The notes below the pieces were generated by a model. The model searched no databases, had not been told where the DNA came from, and saw nothing but the letters and a program-made list of their open reading frames with translations. A DNA stretch of 22,761 nucleotides from Acidobacteriota bacterium (GTDB taxonomy: Bacteria > Acidobacteriota > UBA4820 > DSQY01): assembly GCA_049967655.1 (NCBI GenBank), contig JBMFSH010000037.1:1-22761 (forward strand), in the 5' to 3' direction. A program made the translations under genes and the position numbers. Shown one piece after another: positions 6,976-16,565 of the stretch. The stretch's first letter is position 1; each line of letters begins with the position of its first letter.

Positions 6976-8781
6976 GTGAACGAGGCGCTCGAAGCGGCGA
7001 TGAAGCGGCACTGGGGGTACGACCGCTTCCTCCCTCTCCAGCGGAAGGCCATGGAGTGCGTCCTCGCGGGGAGGGACTCGGTGGTCGTGCTGCCCACCGG
7101 CGGGGGCAAGTCGCTCTGCTACCAGGCCCCCGCGCTCGTCGCGAAGGGCCCGGCCGTGGTGGTCTCTCCCCTCATCTCGCTCATGAAGGACCAGGTGGAC
7201 GGCCTCAGGGAGCGCGGCGTGGCGGCGGCCCGGCTGGACAGCAGCCTGACGGAGGAGGAGCGGCGCCGCGTCTACGCCGGCCTCAGGGAGGGCGGGCTCC
7301 AGCTCCTCTACGTCTCGCCCGAGCGCCTCCTCATGGAGGGCTTCCTGGACCACCTGCGTGGCGCCCGCCCCGCCTTTCTGGCGGTGGATGAGGCCCACTG
7401 CATCAGCCACTGGGGCCACGACTTCAGGCCCGAGTACCGGCGGCTCGGGCTCCTCCGCGAGGCCCTGCCGGGGATCGCCCTCCACGCCTACACGGCCACG
7501 GCCACGCCCAAGGTGCGGGAGGACGTGGCCCTCCAGCTCCGGCTCGAGAACCCCGCCGTGCTCGTGGGCTCCTTCGACCGGCCCAATCTGGTCTACCGGG
7601 TGGCCCCGGCGGACCGAGGCCGCCGCCTGCTTCGGGAGGCGCTGGACCGCCACAGGGGGGAGGCCGGCATCGTCTACGCCATCCGCCGCGCGGACGTGGA
7701 CGCCCTCGCCGCGGAGCTCTCCAGCCTGGGCTACCCCGCGCTTCCCTACCACGCGGGCCTGTCCGACGAGAAGCGGCGGCTCAACCAGGAGCGCTTTCTC
7801 AGGGAGGAGGCCGTGGTCATGGTGGCCACGGTGGCCTTCGGCATGGGCATCGACCGGCCTGACGTGCGCTTCGTCCTCCACGCGGGCATGCCCAAGTCCC
7901 TGGAGCACTACTTGCAGGAGAGCGGGAGGGCCGGGCGCGATGGCCTGGAGGCGGAGTGCCTGCTCCTCTACTCGGGAGCCGACTTCCTCACCTGGAAGGC
8001 GCTCCTCGGCGGCCTGGAACCGGAGGTCCACGAAGCGGCTCTGCAGAAGCTCAACGAGATGGCCGCCTACTGCCGCGGCACCACCTGCCGCCACCGGGTG
8101 CTCGTGGGCTATTTCGGCCAGGAGCTCGGCGGCGATGAGTGCGGGGCCTGCGACGTCTGCCTGGGAGAGCTGGAGGTGGTCCCGGCTGCCCGCGAGACCG
8201 CCCAGAAGATCCTCTCCTGCGTGCTGCGCCTCAAGGAGCGATTCGGCGCGGACTATACGACCCAGGTGCTGACCGGCTCATCGGAGCAGAGGATTCTCGC
8301 CAACGGCCACCAAGCCCTCTCCACCTATGGCCTCCTGGCGCAGGTTCCCCGGCAGAGCGTGCGGGACTGGATCGAGCAGCTCTGCGGCCAGGGCTTTCTG
8401 GTCAAGCAGGGCGAGTACGGCGTGCTGGGCGTGACGCCCGAGGGCTGGGCCCTCCTCAAGGGGGGGCGGGAGCCCCGCCTCCTGAAGCCGGCGGCCAAGC
8501 GCGCCCGCCGGGAATCGAAGGCGGCCCGGGCCGGCTGGGAGGGCGTGGACCGCCCGCTCTTCGAGGAGCTGCGCGCCCTGCGCAAGCGCATCGCGGCCGA
8601 GCGCGGCCTCCTGGCCTACATGGTCTTCGGCGACGAGACCCTGCGGGACATGGCCCGAAAGCGGCCCCTCACCCGGCAGGCCTTCCTCGCCGTCCGGGGC
8701 GTCGGCGAGGTCAAAGCGGCCCAGTACGGCGAGCGGTTCCTCGCCCTGATCCGGGACCACGGGGCAGGTGGGGGCCCCTGA
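6976..8781 (+). CDS. recQ: ATP-dependent DNA helicase RecQ (helicase, Zn/RQC, HRDC)
   Basis: PTGGGKSLCYQ, DEAHCISHWGHDFRPEY, TATAT, ATVAFGMGID, QESGRAGRDG, CRH...CGACDVC, C-terminal HRDC. GTG start at 6976 (ATG 6946 is an alternative). Confidence 0.96.
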   Translation: MNEALEAAMKRHWGYDRFLPLQRKAMECVLAGRDSVVVLPTGGGKSLCYQAPALVAKGPAVVVSPLISLMKDQVDGLRERGVAAARLDSSLTEEERRRVYAGLREGGLQLLYVSPERLLMEGFLDHLRGARPAFLAVDEAHCISHWGHDFRPEYRRLGLLREALPGIALHAYTATATPKVREDVALQLRLENPAVLVGSFDRPNLVYRVAPADRGRRLLREALDRHRGEAGIVYAIRRADVDALAAELSSLGYPALPYHAGLSDEKRRLNQERFLREEAVVMVATVAFGMGIDRPDVRFVLHAGMPKSLEHYLQESGRAGRDGLEAECLLLYSGADFLTWKALLGGLEPEVHEAALQKLNEMAAYCRGTTCRHRVLVGYFGQELGGDECGACDVCLGELEVVPAARETAQKILSCVLRLKERFGADYTTQVLTGSSEQRILANGHQALSTYGLLAQVPRQSVRDWIEQLCGQGFLVKQGEYGVLGVTPEGWALLKGGREPRLLKPAAKRARRESKAARAGWEGVDRPLFEELRALRKRIAAERGLLAYMVFGDETLRDMARKRPLTRQAFLAVRGVGEVKAAQYGERFLALIRDHGAGGGP

Positions 8782-8835
8782 CCGGCCGGGGACCTGCGGC
8801 CCCGTTCGCCTCCTCCACCGCCGGGTCCCTCGCCA

Positions 8836-10017
8836 CTACGCCAGCAGCGCGGGCAGCTCCCCCTGAACCTTTCCGGTGACGACGGCGTCGGAGTCGCGGA
8901 CGAGGAGGTTGACCTCGGAGCGGAAGCCGAAGCGGCCGGGCAGGTAGACGCCGGGCTCCACGGAGAAGAGGGTGTGGGGCAGGAGGCGCCGCGTGTCGCG
9001 GGTCTCGTAGTCGTCCATGTTGGCGCCGTTGCCGTGGTCCTCCTCGTGGATCGAATGGCCCGTACGGTGGATGAAGAACTCGCCGAAGCCCGCCTTCTCG
9101 ATCACCTCGCGCGTGGCCCGGTCCACCTCGAAGCCCCGGACGGGGCCGGAGGCCACCGAGAGGGCCTTGGCGATGCCGGCGTCGCGCCCGGCCGTCACCG
9201 TCTCCCAGACCTTGCGCTGCTCCTCGGGGACGGCGCTGCCCGTCCAGGCGCACCAGGTGATGTCGGCGTAGACCGAGCCCGGCGCCGTCTCCTTGCCCCA
9301 GAGGTCCAGCAGGAGCACCTGATCGGGCCGGATCGCCGAGCTGCCAGAGGGGCCCGGCTCGTAGTGCGGGTCGGCGGCGTGGGCGTCCACACCGACGATG
9401 GGAGGATCGGTGCTCGTGAGGCCCCGTCCTCTCATGAATTCCACCATGGCCTGCTGGAGCTGGTACTCGGTGAGCGGCTCGTGCGCGAGGAGGGCGGCGC
9501 GGACTTTGGCGAAGGCCATCTCCACGGTGTCCAGAAGGACCGCCATGGCCCGGTAGTGGCCGGCCTCCTGCTCGGGTGTCAGGGTCACCTCGAAGCGGGC
9601 CACGAGGTCGCCCGAGGAGGCCAGCTCCACGCCTGCGGAGCGCAGGAATTCGGCCAGCCCCGCATCCAGCCGCCCCAGCGCGGGGATCACGCCGTCGGGG
9701 GAGTACTGGCAGGCCAGGCGCTTCACGCCGGCGAGGGCCTCCTTCAGGCGCGCCTGCCAGCTCTGCCAGGGGCCGTAGGTGAGGAGCCGGCCGGGCAGGC
9801 TGTCCAGGCTGTGGGGCTCGATCTGGTGGCAGAGCCTCAGCGGCTCGCCCTGGGCGGGGATCAGGTAGAACCAGCGGCGGGTGACCATGGCCTTGGAGGA
9901 GAGCCCCAGCACGCTGAGGGCGATGGGGTCCGTGCCCTTGAAATCGGCGAAGAACCAGGCGTCCATACCCTCGTCCCTGAGGGCCGCCTGGATGCTTCTG
10001 AGGCGTTCGTCGTTCAT
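8836..10017 (-). CDS. M24 family metallopeptidase (Xaa-Pro aminopeptidase-like)
   Basis: DPHY, LLLDLW, YADITW, HRTGHSI, FSVEPGVY, RSE metal-ligand motifs. Confidence 0.93.
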   Translation of the reverse strand: MNDERLRSIQAALRDEGMDAWFFADFKGTDPIALSVLGLSSKAMVTRRWFYLIPAQGEPLRLCHQIEPHSLDSLPGRLLTYGPWQSWQARLKEALAGVKRLACQYSPDGVIPALGRLDAGLAEFLRSAGVELASSGDLVARFEVTLTPEQEAGHYRAMAVLLDTVEMAFAKVRAALLAHEPLTEYQLQQAMVEFMRGRGLTSTDPPIVGVDAHAADPHYEPGPSGSSAIRPDQVLLLDLWGKETAPGSVYADITWCAWTGSAVPEEQRKVWETVTAGRDAGIAKALSVASGPVRGFEVDRATREVIEKAGFGEFFIHRTGHSIHEEDHGNGANMDDYETRDTRRLLPHTLFSVEPGVYLPGRFGFRSEVNLLVRDSDAVVTGKVQGELPALLA

Positions 10018-10131
10018 GATAGGATGAACCTCCTGAAGGGATTATGACGCAAAGGCCCGCCGGGAGAAAGCGGCCGCGCCGAAGGGCGGCCGGTCATCGG
10101 ATTACCGGATCACCGACGCTGGAGGGAGTCC

Positions 10132-10548
10132 TTGGAATCCTTTCCCTTTGAGACGGCCGTGGAGGTCCGGTTCAGCGACCTCGACCCCATGGGCCACGTG
10201 AACAACGCCGTCTACGCCACCTATTGCGAGCAGGGCCGCGTCGCCTTTTTTTCCGAGGTCTTCGACGTGCGGGAGGCCGCGGGTTTCGAGTTCATCCTGG
10301 CGCGCCTGGAGATCGACTTCCGCCGTCCGGTCTTGATGGGCGATCCGCTTCGGGTGGGCCTGCGCGTCTCCTCGGTGGGGACCACCTCCTTCGCCTTCGA
10401 GTACCGCCTCACGGTGGGCGGCGAGGTGGTGGCCGAGGCGCGCTCCGTCCAGGTCTTCTACGACTACCGACGACACGCCAAGGTGCCCATCCCCGATTTC
10501 TTCCGCGACAGGGTGCGGCCCTACCTCGCCCCGGGGGTGTCATGCTGA
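10132..10548 (+). CDS. Acyl-CoA thioesterase (4HBT/YbgC/FadM hot-dog fold)
   Basis: VRFSDLDPMGHVNNAVY motif; TTG start behind GGAGGG. Confidence 0.92.
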   Translation: MESFPFETAVEVRFSDLDPMGHVNNAVYATYCEQGRVAFFSEVFDVREAAGFEFILARLEIDFRRPVLMGDPLRVGLRVSSVGTTSFAFEYRLTVGGEVVAEARSVQVFYDYRRHAKVPIPDFFRDRVRPYLAPGVSC

Positions 10549-13500
10549 GGCTCAGGGAGGTCGAGCTCTTCGGGTTCAAGTCCTTCGCCGACCGGACCCG
10601 CATCCCTCTTCCCGACGACCTGCTCGTGGTGGTGGGCCCCAACGGATCGGGCAAGAGCAACGTCACCGACGCCGTGCTCTGGGCCCTGGGGGAGCAGAGC
10701 GCCAAGACCCTGCGCGGCCACAAGATGCAGGACGTGATCTTCTCCGGAAGCCACCGCCGGCCCGCCTCGGGCATGGCGGAGGTGCTCCTCTCCTTCGAGG
10801 ACGGCGAGGGGATGAAGGTCCAGCTCGGCCGGCGCCTGTTGCGCTCGGGAGAGAGCGCCTACCTCATGGACGGCCGGGGCGTCCGCCTGAAGGACGCCCA
10901 GGAGTTCATGATGCGCTACGGCATCTCCACGCAGGGCACCTTCCTGGTGGAACAGGGGAGGGTGGAGGCGCTACTCACCGCCAGCGCCGAGGAGCGCCGC
11001 CTCATCTTCGAGGAGGTGGCGGGCATCGCGCACTACAAGGAGAACCGCCGCTCGGCCCTCTCCAAGCTCGAGGCCACGCAGGGAAACCTCCTGCGCCTCA
11101 ACGACATCGTCGCCGAGGTGGAGACCCAGATGGCGGGGCTGAAGCGCCAGGCGGCCAAGGCCGAGCGCTTCATCCGCCTCTCGGAGGAGCTGCGCACCCG
11201 GAGGAGGGCCTTCTGGGGCCGTCTCTACGCGCGGCTGAACGGCCGGCGCGAGGCCCTGGCCCGGGACCTGGAGCTCCTCCACGCCGAGCGGCAGCGGCGC
11301 GACACGGCCCTGGCGCAGGTCCAGTCCGAGCTGGAGGAGGCCCGCGAGCACCTGGCGGAGCACGAGAGCTCCCTCCAGGACCTCATCCAGCTCATCCACC
11401 AGAAGGAGCTGGAGTGCGAGCGCGCGGAGCAGGAGAACAAGCGCCGCACGGAGCACATCCTCACGAGCCGCCAGAGGCTCCAGCAGATCGCCTCCGACCG
11501 GGAGGATCTCAAGCAGAGGGTCCAGTCGGCCGACACCGAGCGGGAGAAGCTCCAGGAGGAGGTGGGGATCCTGGCCGAGGCGGAGGCCGATGCGTCGGCC
11601 CAGGCCGAGCGGGTGCGGGAGGCCCTCGAGGGCAGGCGGGCCGGTCTCCAGGCCCTGGAGCAGGCTCAGGAGGCCCACCGGCAGAAGCTTTTCGCCTGCG
11701 CCCAGGAGCACTCCCGCCTCTCCGAGTCGCTCTCGCGGTTGGAGGAGGACCTCCGGCGCCAGGCCGAGCGCGAGCGCCGCCTCGCCCGGGAGGAGGAGAG
11801 CTTGGCCGCCCGCGAGCAGGCCCTCGAGGAGGCCATCGCCGAAAAGGAGTCCGCCCGGCAGGAGGCGGAAGAGCGGCAGCTCCTCCACCGCCGCGACCGC
11901 GAGGAGGCCCAGGCCGAGGTGGACCGCCTGGAAAGGGAGCTGGAGCGGGCGGCCTCCGACCAGGCCTCGGCCCGGGAGCGGATGGCCGCCGCCGAGAGCC
12001 GGCAGAAGGTCCTCATGGACCACGAGCGCTCCGTCCGCTCCCAGGCGCATGCCTTCCTCCGCGAGCGGGCACCCGACGAGATCGAGAGCACGCTGGCCGA
12101 GGGGCTGGCTGGCGCGCCGGAGGAACTCGTGCCCGCCCTGTCGGCGGCCCTCGGGGACCTGCTGGAGGGATACGTGGGCGGCCGGTGGGAGTCGGTGCCG
12201 GGCCTGCTGGGCGACCTCCGCGAGGCCAAGGCCGGGCAGGCCCTCTTCTTCCTCGGCTCTTCCCGCTGGAGCCAAAGGCCCGCGCAGAAGCCCCAGGACG
12301 CAGGCTTCGGGGGGTGGCTCCACGAGGCTCCCGGCATCCAGAGCGAGCTGGCCGCCCTCCTTCCGACCGTGGCCCTGGCGGCCGATGCCGAGGCGGCTCG
12401 CCGTATCGCCGAGAGCGAAGGGATCCCGGCGGTGGGCCGGGAGGGCGTGCTCGTTCACCCGGACGGCTGGGCCCGGGGCGGGGCGGGCGGGCCCGGCGGG
12501 GCCTCCCTACTGGAGCACCAGAGGGCGCTGCGCTCGGCCGGCAAGGCCCTGGCCCGGGAGCGCTCCGCCCTCGAGGCCGCGGCGGCAAGCTGGGCGGAGC
12601 TCAGGGCGGGCCTGGAGAGGGCCCGAACAACCCTGGCCGCTCTCGGCGAGGAGGAGGCCTCCTCCCGAGAGGCGCTCGCCGCCCTCGAGCGGGAACTCGA
12701 GCAGCTCGACGGCGAGCGGCGGCGCTTCTCCGCCTCCCGCCAACTCCTGGAGGGCGAGGCGGCCCAGGCCCAGGAGGAGAGGGAGGCCTGGGAGGAGCAG
12801 CGCGAGGAGACCCGGCGCTCCATGGAGCGGGCCAAGAAGGAGCAGGCCGCCGCGGAGCGCGAGGCCCACCAGGGCGAGGCGGCCCTACAGGAGGCACGCC
12901 GCGCCCTGGAGGCGGCCCACGAATCGGTGGCCGAAAGCCGGGCCCGCCTCGGTGAGACCGGCCAGCGCCACAAGGCTGCGCGCGAGGCCCTGGAGCGCGC
13001 CACCGAGTTCCGGGCCCAGCTCGGCGCCACGGACCTCCGCCTGGCCCAGGAGGCGGACGGCCTCAAGGCGCGAATCGAGGCCCTCACCCAGGAGGTGACC
13101 GCGGGGGACCGGACCCTGCGCACGCTTCTGCTCGCCATGGAGGAGCAGCGGGCGCGCAAGGGCCGCTTCGAGGAGGACCTGGTGCGTCTCCAGGAGGAGC
13201 TGCAGGTGGTGATCCGGAGGGTGCGGGAGGCCCAGGAGGCCCTGGAGGAGGTGCGAGCCGAGGTCTCGCGCAACGAGCCCGCCCTGGCCGCCGTGGAGGC
13301 CGACCTCCGGAACCTCACGGAGCGCATGGGGGAGGTCTTCGAGGAGAGCCCCGAAACCCTCGCCTCGGAGGCCGCACAGCTCCCGCCCCTCTCGGAGGAG
13401 GAGCGGCAGGAGGAGCAGAAGGCGCTGGCCCGGCTGGAGGAGAAAATCCAGGAGATGGGCGCCGTAAACATGCTCGCCCGGGAAGAGTACGCCGAGCTGG

Positions 13501-14081
13501 AGGCGCGCTTCGGCTTCCTCTCCGGCCAGCGCAAGGACCTGGAGGAGTCGCTCGCCTCCCTCCAGGAGACCATCCGCAAGATCAACAAGACCACCAGGGA
13601 CCGCTTCATGGAGGCCTTCGAGGCCGTGAGGGAGCACTTCGCCGTCCTCTTCCGCGAGGTCTTCGAGGGGGGCGAAGCGCGCCTGAGCCTGCTGGACGAG
13701 CAGAACCCTCTGGAGTCGGGCGTGGAGATCTTCGCCCAGCCGCCCGGCAAGAAGCTCCAGAGCCTCCAGCTCCTGTCGGGCGGCGAGAAGGCCATGGTGG
13801 CCCTGGCTTTACTCTTCGCGCTCTTCCGCTACCGCCCCCAGCCCTTCTTCATCCTGGACGAGGTGGACGCTCCGCTGGACGAGGCCAACATCAACCGCTT
13901 CAACCGCCTGCTCCTCCAGTTCAGGGGGCAGACGCAGTTCCTCGTGGTGAGCCACAACAAGCGCACCATGGAGCTGGCCGAGGTGCTCTACGGCGTCTCC
14001 ATGGGGGAGGGCGGCGTCTCCCGGCTGGTCTCCGTCCGGCTGGCCGAGGTGGAGGCGAGCCTGGGCATCGGGCGGGCGTGA
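10542..14081 (+). CDS. smc: Chromosome segregation protein SMC (1179 aa)
   Basis: GFKSF, Walker A GPNGSGKSN, long coiled coils, central hinge region, signature LSGGE, Walker B ILDEVDAPLD, SH switch. ATG 10542 overlaps the thioesterase stop. Confidence 0.95.
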   Translation: MLRLREVELFGFKSFADRTRIPLPDDLLVVVGPNGSGKSNVTDAVLWALGEQSAKTLRGHKMQDVIFSGSHRRPASGMAEVLLSFEDGEGMKVQLGRRLLRSGESAYLMDGRGVRLKDAQEFMMRYGISTQGTFLVEQGRVEALLTASAEERRLIFEEVAGIAHYKENRRSALSKLEATQGNLLRLNDIVAEVETQMAGLKRQAAKAERFIRLSEELRTRRRAFWGRLYARLNGRREALARDLELLHAERQRRDTALAQVQSELEEAREHLAEHESSLQDLIQLIHQKELECERAEQENKRRTEHILTSRQRLQQIASDREDLKQRVQSADTEREKLQEEVGILAEAEADASAQAERVREALEGRRAGLQALEQAQEAHRQKLFACAQEHSRLSESLSRLEEDLRRQAERERRLAREEESLAAREQALEEAIAEKESARQEAEERQLLHRRDREEAQAEVDRLERELERAASDQASARERMAAAESRQKVLMDHERSVRSQAHAFLRERAPDEIESTLAEGLAGAPEELVPALSAALGDLLEGYVGGRWESVPGLLGDLREAKAGQALFFLGSSRWSQRPAQKPQDAGFGGWLHEAPGIQSELAALLPTVALAADAEAARRIAESEGIPAVGREGVLVHPDGWARGGAGGPGGASLLEHQRALRSAGKALARERSALEAAAASWAELRAGLERARTTLAALGEEEASSREALAALERELEQLDGERRRFSASRQLLEGEAAQAQEEREAWEEQREETRRSMERAKKEQAAAEREAHQGEAALQEARRALEAAHESVAESRARLGETGQRHKAAREALERATEFRAQLGATDLRLAQEADGLKARIEALTQEVTAGDRTLRTLLLAMEEQRARKGRFEEDLVRLQEELQVVIRRVREAQEALEEVRAEVSRNEPALAAVEADLRNLTERMGEVFEESPETLASEAAQLPPLSEEERQEEQKALARLEEKIQEMGAVNMLAREEYAELEARFGFLSGQRKDLEESLASLQETIRKINKTTRDRFMEAFEAVREHFAVLFREVFEGGEARLSLLDEQNPLESGVEIFAQPPGKKLQSLQLLSGGEKAMVALALLFALFRYRPQPFFILDEVDAPLDEANINRFNRLLLQFRGQTQFLVVSHNKRTMELAEVLYGVSMGEGGVSRLVSVRLAEVEASLGIGRA

Positions 14082-15823
14082 GGCGTTCCGGCGGGACGCT
14101 CTGGAGAGAGATCGGCTTGGACAGGCGCAGGCGCCCCACCTCTCTTTTTTGGCTGCTTCTCCTCCTCGCTCTCCCGCTGGGGGCGCAGGAGCTGAGGGTC
14201 AGCTCGACGGTGGACCGCACCCGGCTGCGGGTGGGGGAGACGCTGGTCTTCACGCTCAGAATCCAGGGGACCAGCCTGGCCATCCCCCAGCCCGCCCTCC
14301 CGCCCCTGCCCGGCTTCAAGTCGGTGGGCACCTACCAATCCCTCGACAACACGGGGAATGGCCGGGTCCTAGCCTTCCACTACCTGCTGACCCCCACCAC
14401 CTCGGGCCACCTGGAGGTGCCGGACGTGGCCCTGCGGATCGGCGGGCAGAGCGTCACCGTGCCGGGCTTCGCGGTGGACGTGGAGACGCCGGCCCCCCTC
14501 GCCGCCCCCCAGGCCGCTCCCCTCCCTCCGCGGCCGAGCGCCGCCATCGGGCGGGAGATCTTCCTGACGGGGACCCTATCCGCCTCCCAGGCCTACGTGG
14601 GCGAGCCCGTGCTCTACACCCTGCACCTGTTCACGCGGCGCTCGGTGCGGGGGCTGGACATCGTCCAGAGTCCCGATTTTACGGGCTTCCGAAAGGTGGA
14701 GGACCCCAACGCGACGCACTCACCGACCCACCAGGTGACGCGGGATTCCCGCGTCTATCTGGACGCCGTCGTGATCCGGGCCATGCTCTTCCCCCTGGAG
14801 GCCGGGCGCCTGAGCGTGGGCCCTTACAGCGCCGAGCTGAAGCTGGAGCCGGACCGGTTCGGCGGCCCGACCCTCGTCACGGTGGAGGGCGGCGCGGTGG
14901 ACCTGCAGGTTCTCCCCATCCCGCCGGCTCCGCCCGGCTTCACCGGAGCGGTGGGCTCCTTCCGGCTCACGGAGGTGACGCCCATTCCCGCCCGCGCCGA
15001 GCTGGGCCAGCCCTTCACCCAGACCGTGCGCATCGAGGGCACCGGCTTCCTGCCGGACCAGCCGCTCACCTGGGCCGTCACGCCCCTCTTCGACGCCTAT
15101 CCCCCCACCTCGGAGGACAGCAGCGGCTTCGACCGCGGGAGTTACCGGACCCGGCGGCTCATCAGCCGCTCCTTCCTCCCCAAGGTGGCGGGGGACGCCA
15201 CCTTCCCTCCCGCCGTCCTAGTGGTCTTCGATCCCGAAGCCAGCGCCTTCAAGACCTTCCAGGCGGGGGGAGGGCGCCTGGTGGTGGCGGGCGGGAGCGC
15301 GGGCGCCCCCGCGAGCGTCGAGCTCATGCCCCTCGTCGCGGAGCCGGTGGCCGGAGCGCCGCCGGAGGCTCCCATGCCCCTGAGGCTCTTCCTCACGCTG
15401 GCGGCCCTCCCCTTTCTCTGCACCGCCGCCGTGGGGGCGGGGCTCTGGCTCTACACCGTCTTCCTCATGGCCCCCGAGAAGCGCCGGCGGCGCGGCCTCC
15501 ACCACCGCGCCCGCAAGGCATTGCGGCGGGCCCACCGCCTCATGGACGTGCGCCACGCGGAGGCCTTCCACGAACGGCTGTCGGTGGCCATGTCGGCCAC
15601 CCTCGACCTCTGGACCGGGCGGCCCACGGCGGGCCTCCAGCGGCCCCAGCTGGGCGAGGCCCTTCGGGAGGCGGCGGTGCCCGAGAGGACGGTGGAGAGG
15701 GTGATCGGCGTGGTGGACATCCTCGAGAGGGCTCGCTACGCCCAGGAGCGTCCCACGCGCAAGGAGATGCGGGAGCGCTACGCCGAGGTCTCCCGCTGGG
15801 TGAAAGGGGGCCCCGGTGCGTAG
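14078..15823 (+). CDS. BatD family protein
   Basis: Signal peptide, repeated Ig-like units (VDRTRLRVGE..., AYVGEPVLYT..., FTGAVGSF, RIEGTG), one TM helix and a helical tail ending ARYA. Exact start uncertain. Confidence 0.8.
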   Translation: MRRSGGTLWREIGLDRRRRPTSLFWLLLLLALPLGAQELRVSSTVDRTRLRVGETLVFTLRIQGTSLAIPQPALPPLPGFKSVGTYQSLDNTGNGRVLAFHYLLTPTTSGHLEVPDVALRIGGQSVTVPGFAVDVETPAPLAAPQAAPLPPRPSAAIGREIFLTGTLSASQAYVGEPVLYTLHLFTRRSVRGLDIVQSPDFTGFRKVEDPNATHSPTHQVTRDSRVYLDAVVIRAMLFPLEAGRLSVGPYSAELKLEPDRFGGPTLVTVEGGAVDLQVLPIPPAPPGFTGAVGSFRLTEVTPIPARAELGQPFTQTVRIEGTGFLPDQPLTWAVTPLFDAYPPTSEDSSGFDRGSYRTRRLISRSFLPKVAGDATFPPAVLVVFDPEASAFKTFQAGGGRLVVAGGSAGAPASVELMPLVAEPVAGAPPEAPMPLRLFLTLAALPFLCTAAVGAGLWLYTVFLMAPEKRRRRGLHHRARKALRRAHRLMDVRHAEAFHERLSVAMSATLDLWTGRPTAGLQRPQLGEALREAAVPERTVERVIGVVDILERARYAQERPTRKEMRERYAEVSRWVKGGPGA

Positions 15824-16565
15824 GCGACCGTCGCTCCTCCTCCTTTGTCTCCTGGTCCTCGCCGGCGTCGGCGCGCCCCTCAGGGCATCGGGCGGCCTTA
15901 TGGCGAGTCAGGCCGCCCAGGCCTACGCCGAGGGCCGCTACGCCGAGGCGGCACGCCTCTACACGCTCATGGAGGGGTCCGGCCTGGAGGGGGCCGGCGT
16001 ACACTACGACCTGGGCAACTGCTACCTCAAGCAGGGCGACCTGGGGCGGGCCATCCTGGAGTACCACCGGGCCCTCCTCTACGATCCCTCCATGAAGCCC
16101 GCCCTGCACAACCTGGAGGTGGCGCGAAGGCTCCTGCCGGCCAGGGTCGCGCGCTGGGAGCCCTCGCCGTGGGAGTCGCTCCTGAGCCGCGTCCCGGTCC
16201 GCTGGCTTGAGGTGTTCGTGCTCCTGCTCGTCTTCCTCGGGAACGGGGCGCTCTGCGCGGCGCTCTTCGTGAACGGCGGCCGGCTGCGGCGGACCCTGGC
16301 CGCGGTGGTGCTCGCCTCCCTGGTGGGGGCCGGGATCGCCGGCGGCCTGCTGGCCTACGCGCGCACGGTCCTCCCGACGCACCGTCCCGCCGTGATCCTC
16401 AAACCCGCCTCCGTCTACCCGGGGCCCGACGCCGCGGGCCAGCCCATGGCCGTCCTGCCCGCGGGTTCCGAGGTCGTGCGGATCGCCCAGAGCGACGAGT
16501 GGAGCCTGGTGCTCTGGGGTGAGGGCCGCGGGTGGACCCGCTCCGCCGCCGTGGGAGTGCCCTGA
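15816..16565 (+). CDS. BatE-like protein (TPR, two TM helices, SH3-like C-terminus)
   Basis: AYAEGRYAEA, YDLGNCYLKQGDLGRAILEYHRAL, HNL; two hydrophobic segments; LPAGSEV...WS...GRGW; directly follows batD. Confidence 0.82.
   Translation: MRRRPSLLLLCLLVLAGVGAPLRASGGLMASQAAQAYAEGRYAEAARLYTLMEGSGLEGAGVHYDLGNCYLKQGDLGRAILEYHRALLYDPSMKPALHNLEVARRLLPARVARWEPSPWESLLSRVPVRWLEVFVLLLVFLGNGALCAALFVNGGRLRRTLAAVVLASLVGAGIAGGLLAYARTVLPTHRPAVILKPASVYPGPDAAGQPMAVLPAGSEVVRIAQSDEWSLVLWGEGRGWTRSAAVGVP

Noticed and set aside
10542..14081. SMC as Wadjet/MksB, SbcC or RecN
   Set aside because: Canonical Smc length and head motifs, housekeeping context, and no jet/mks or sbcD partners nearby.
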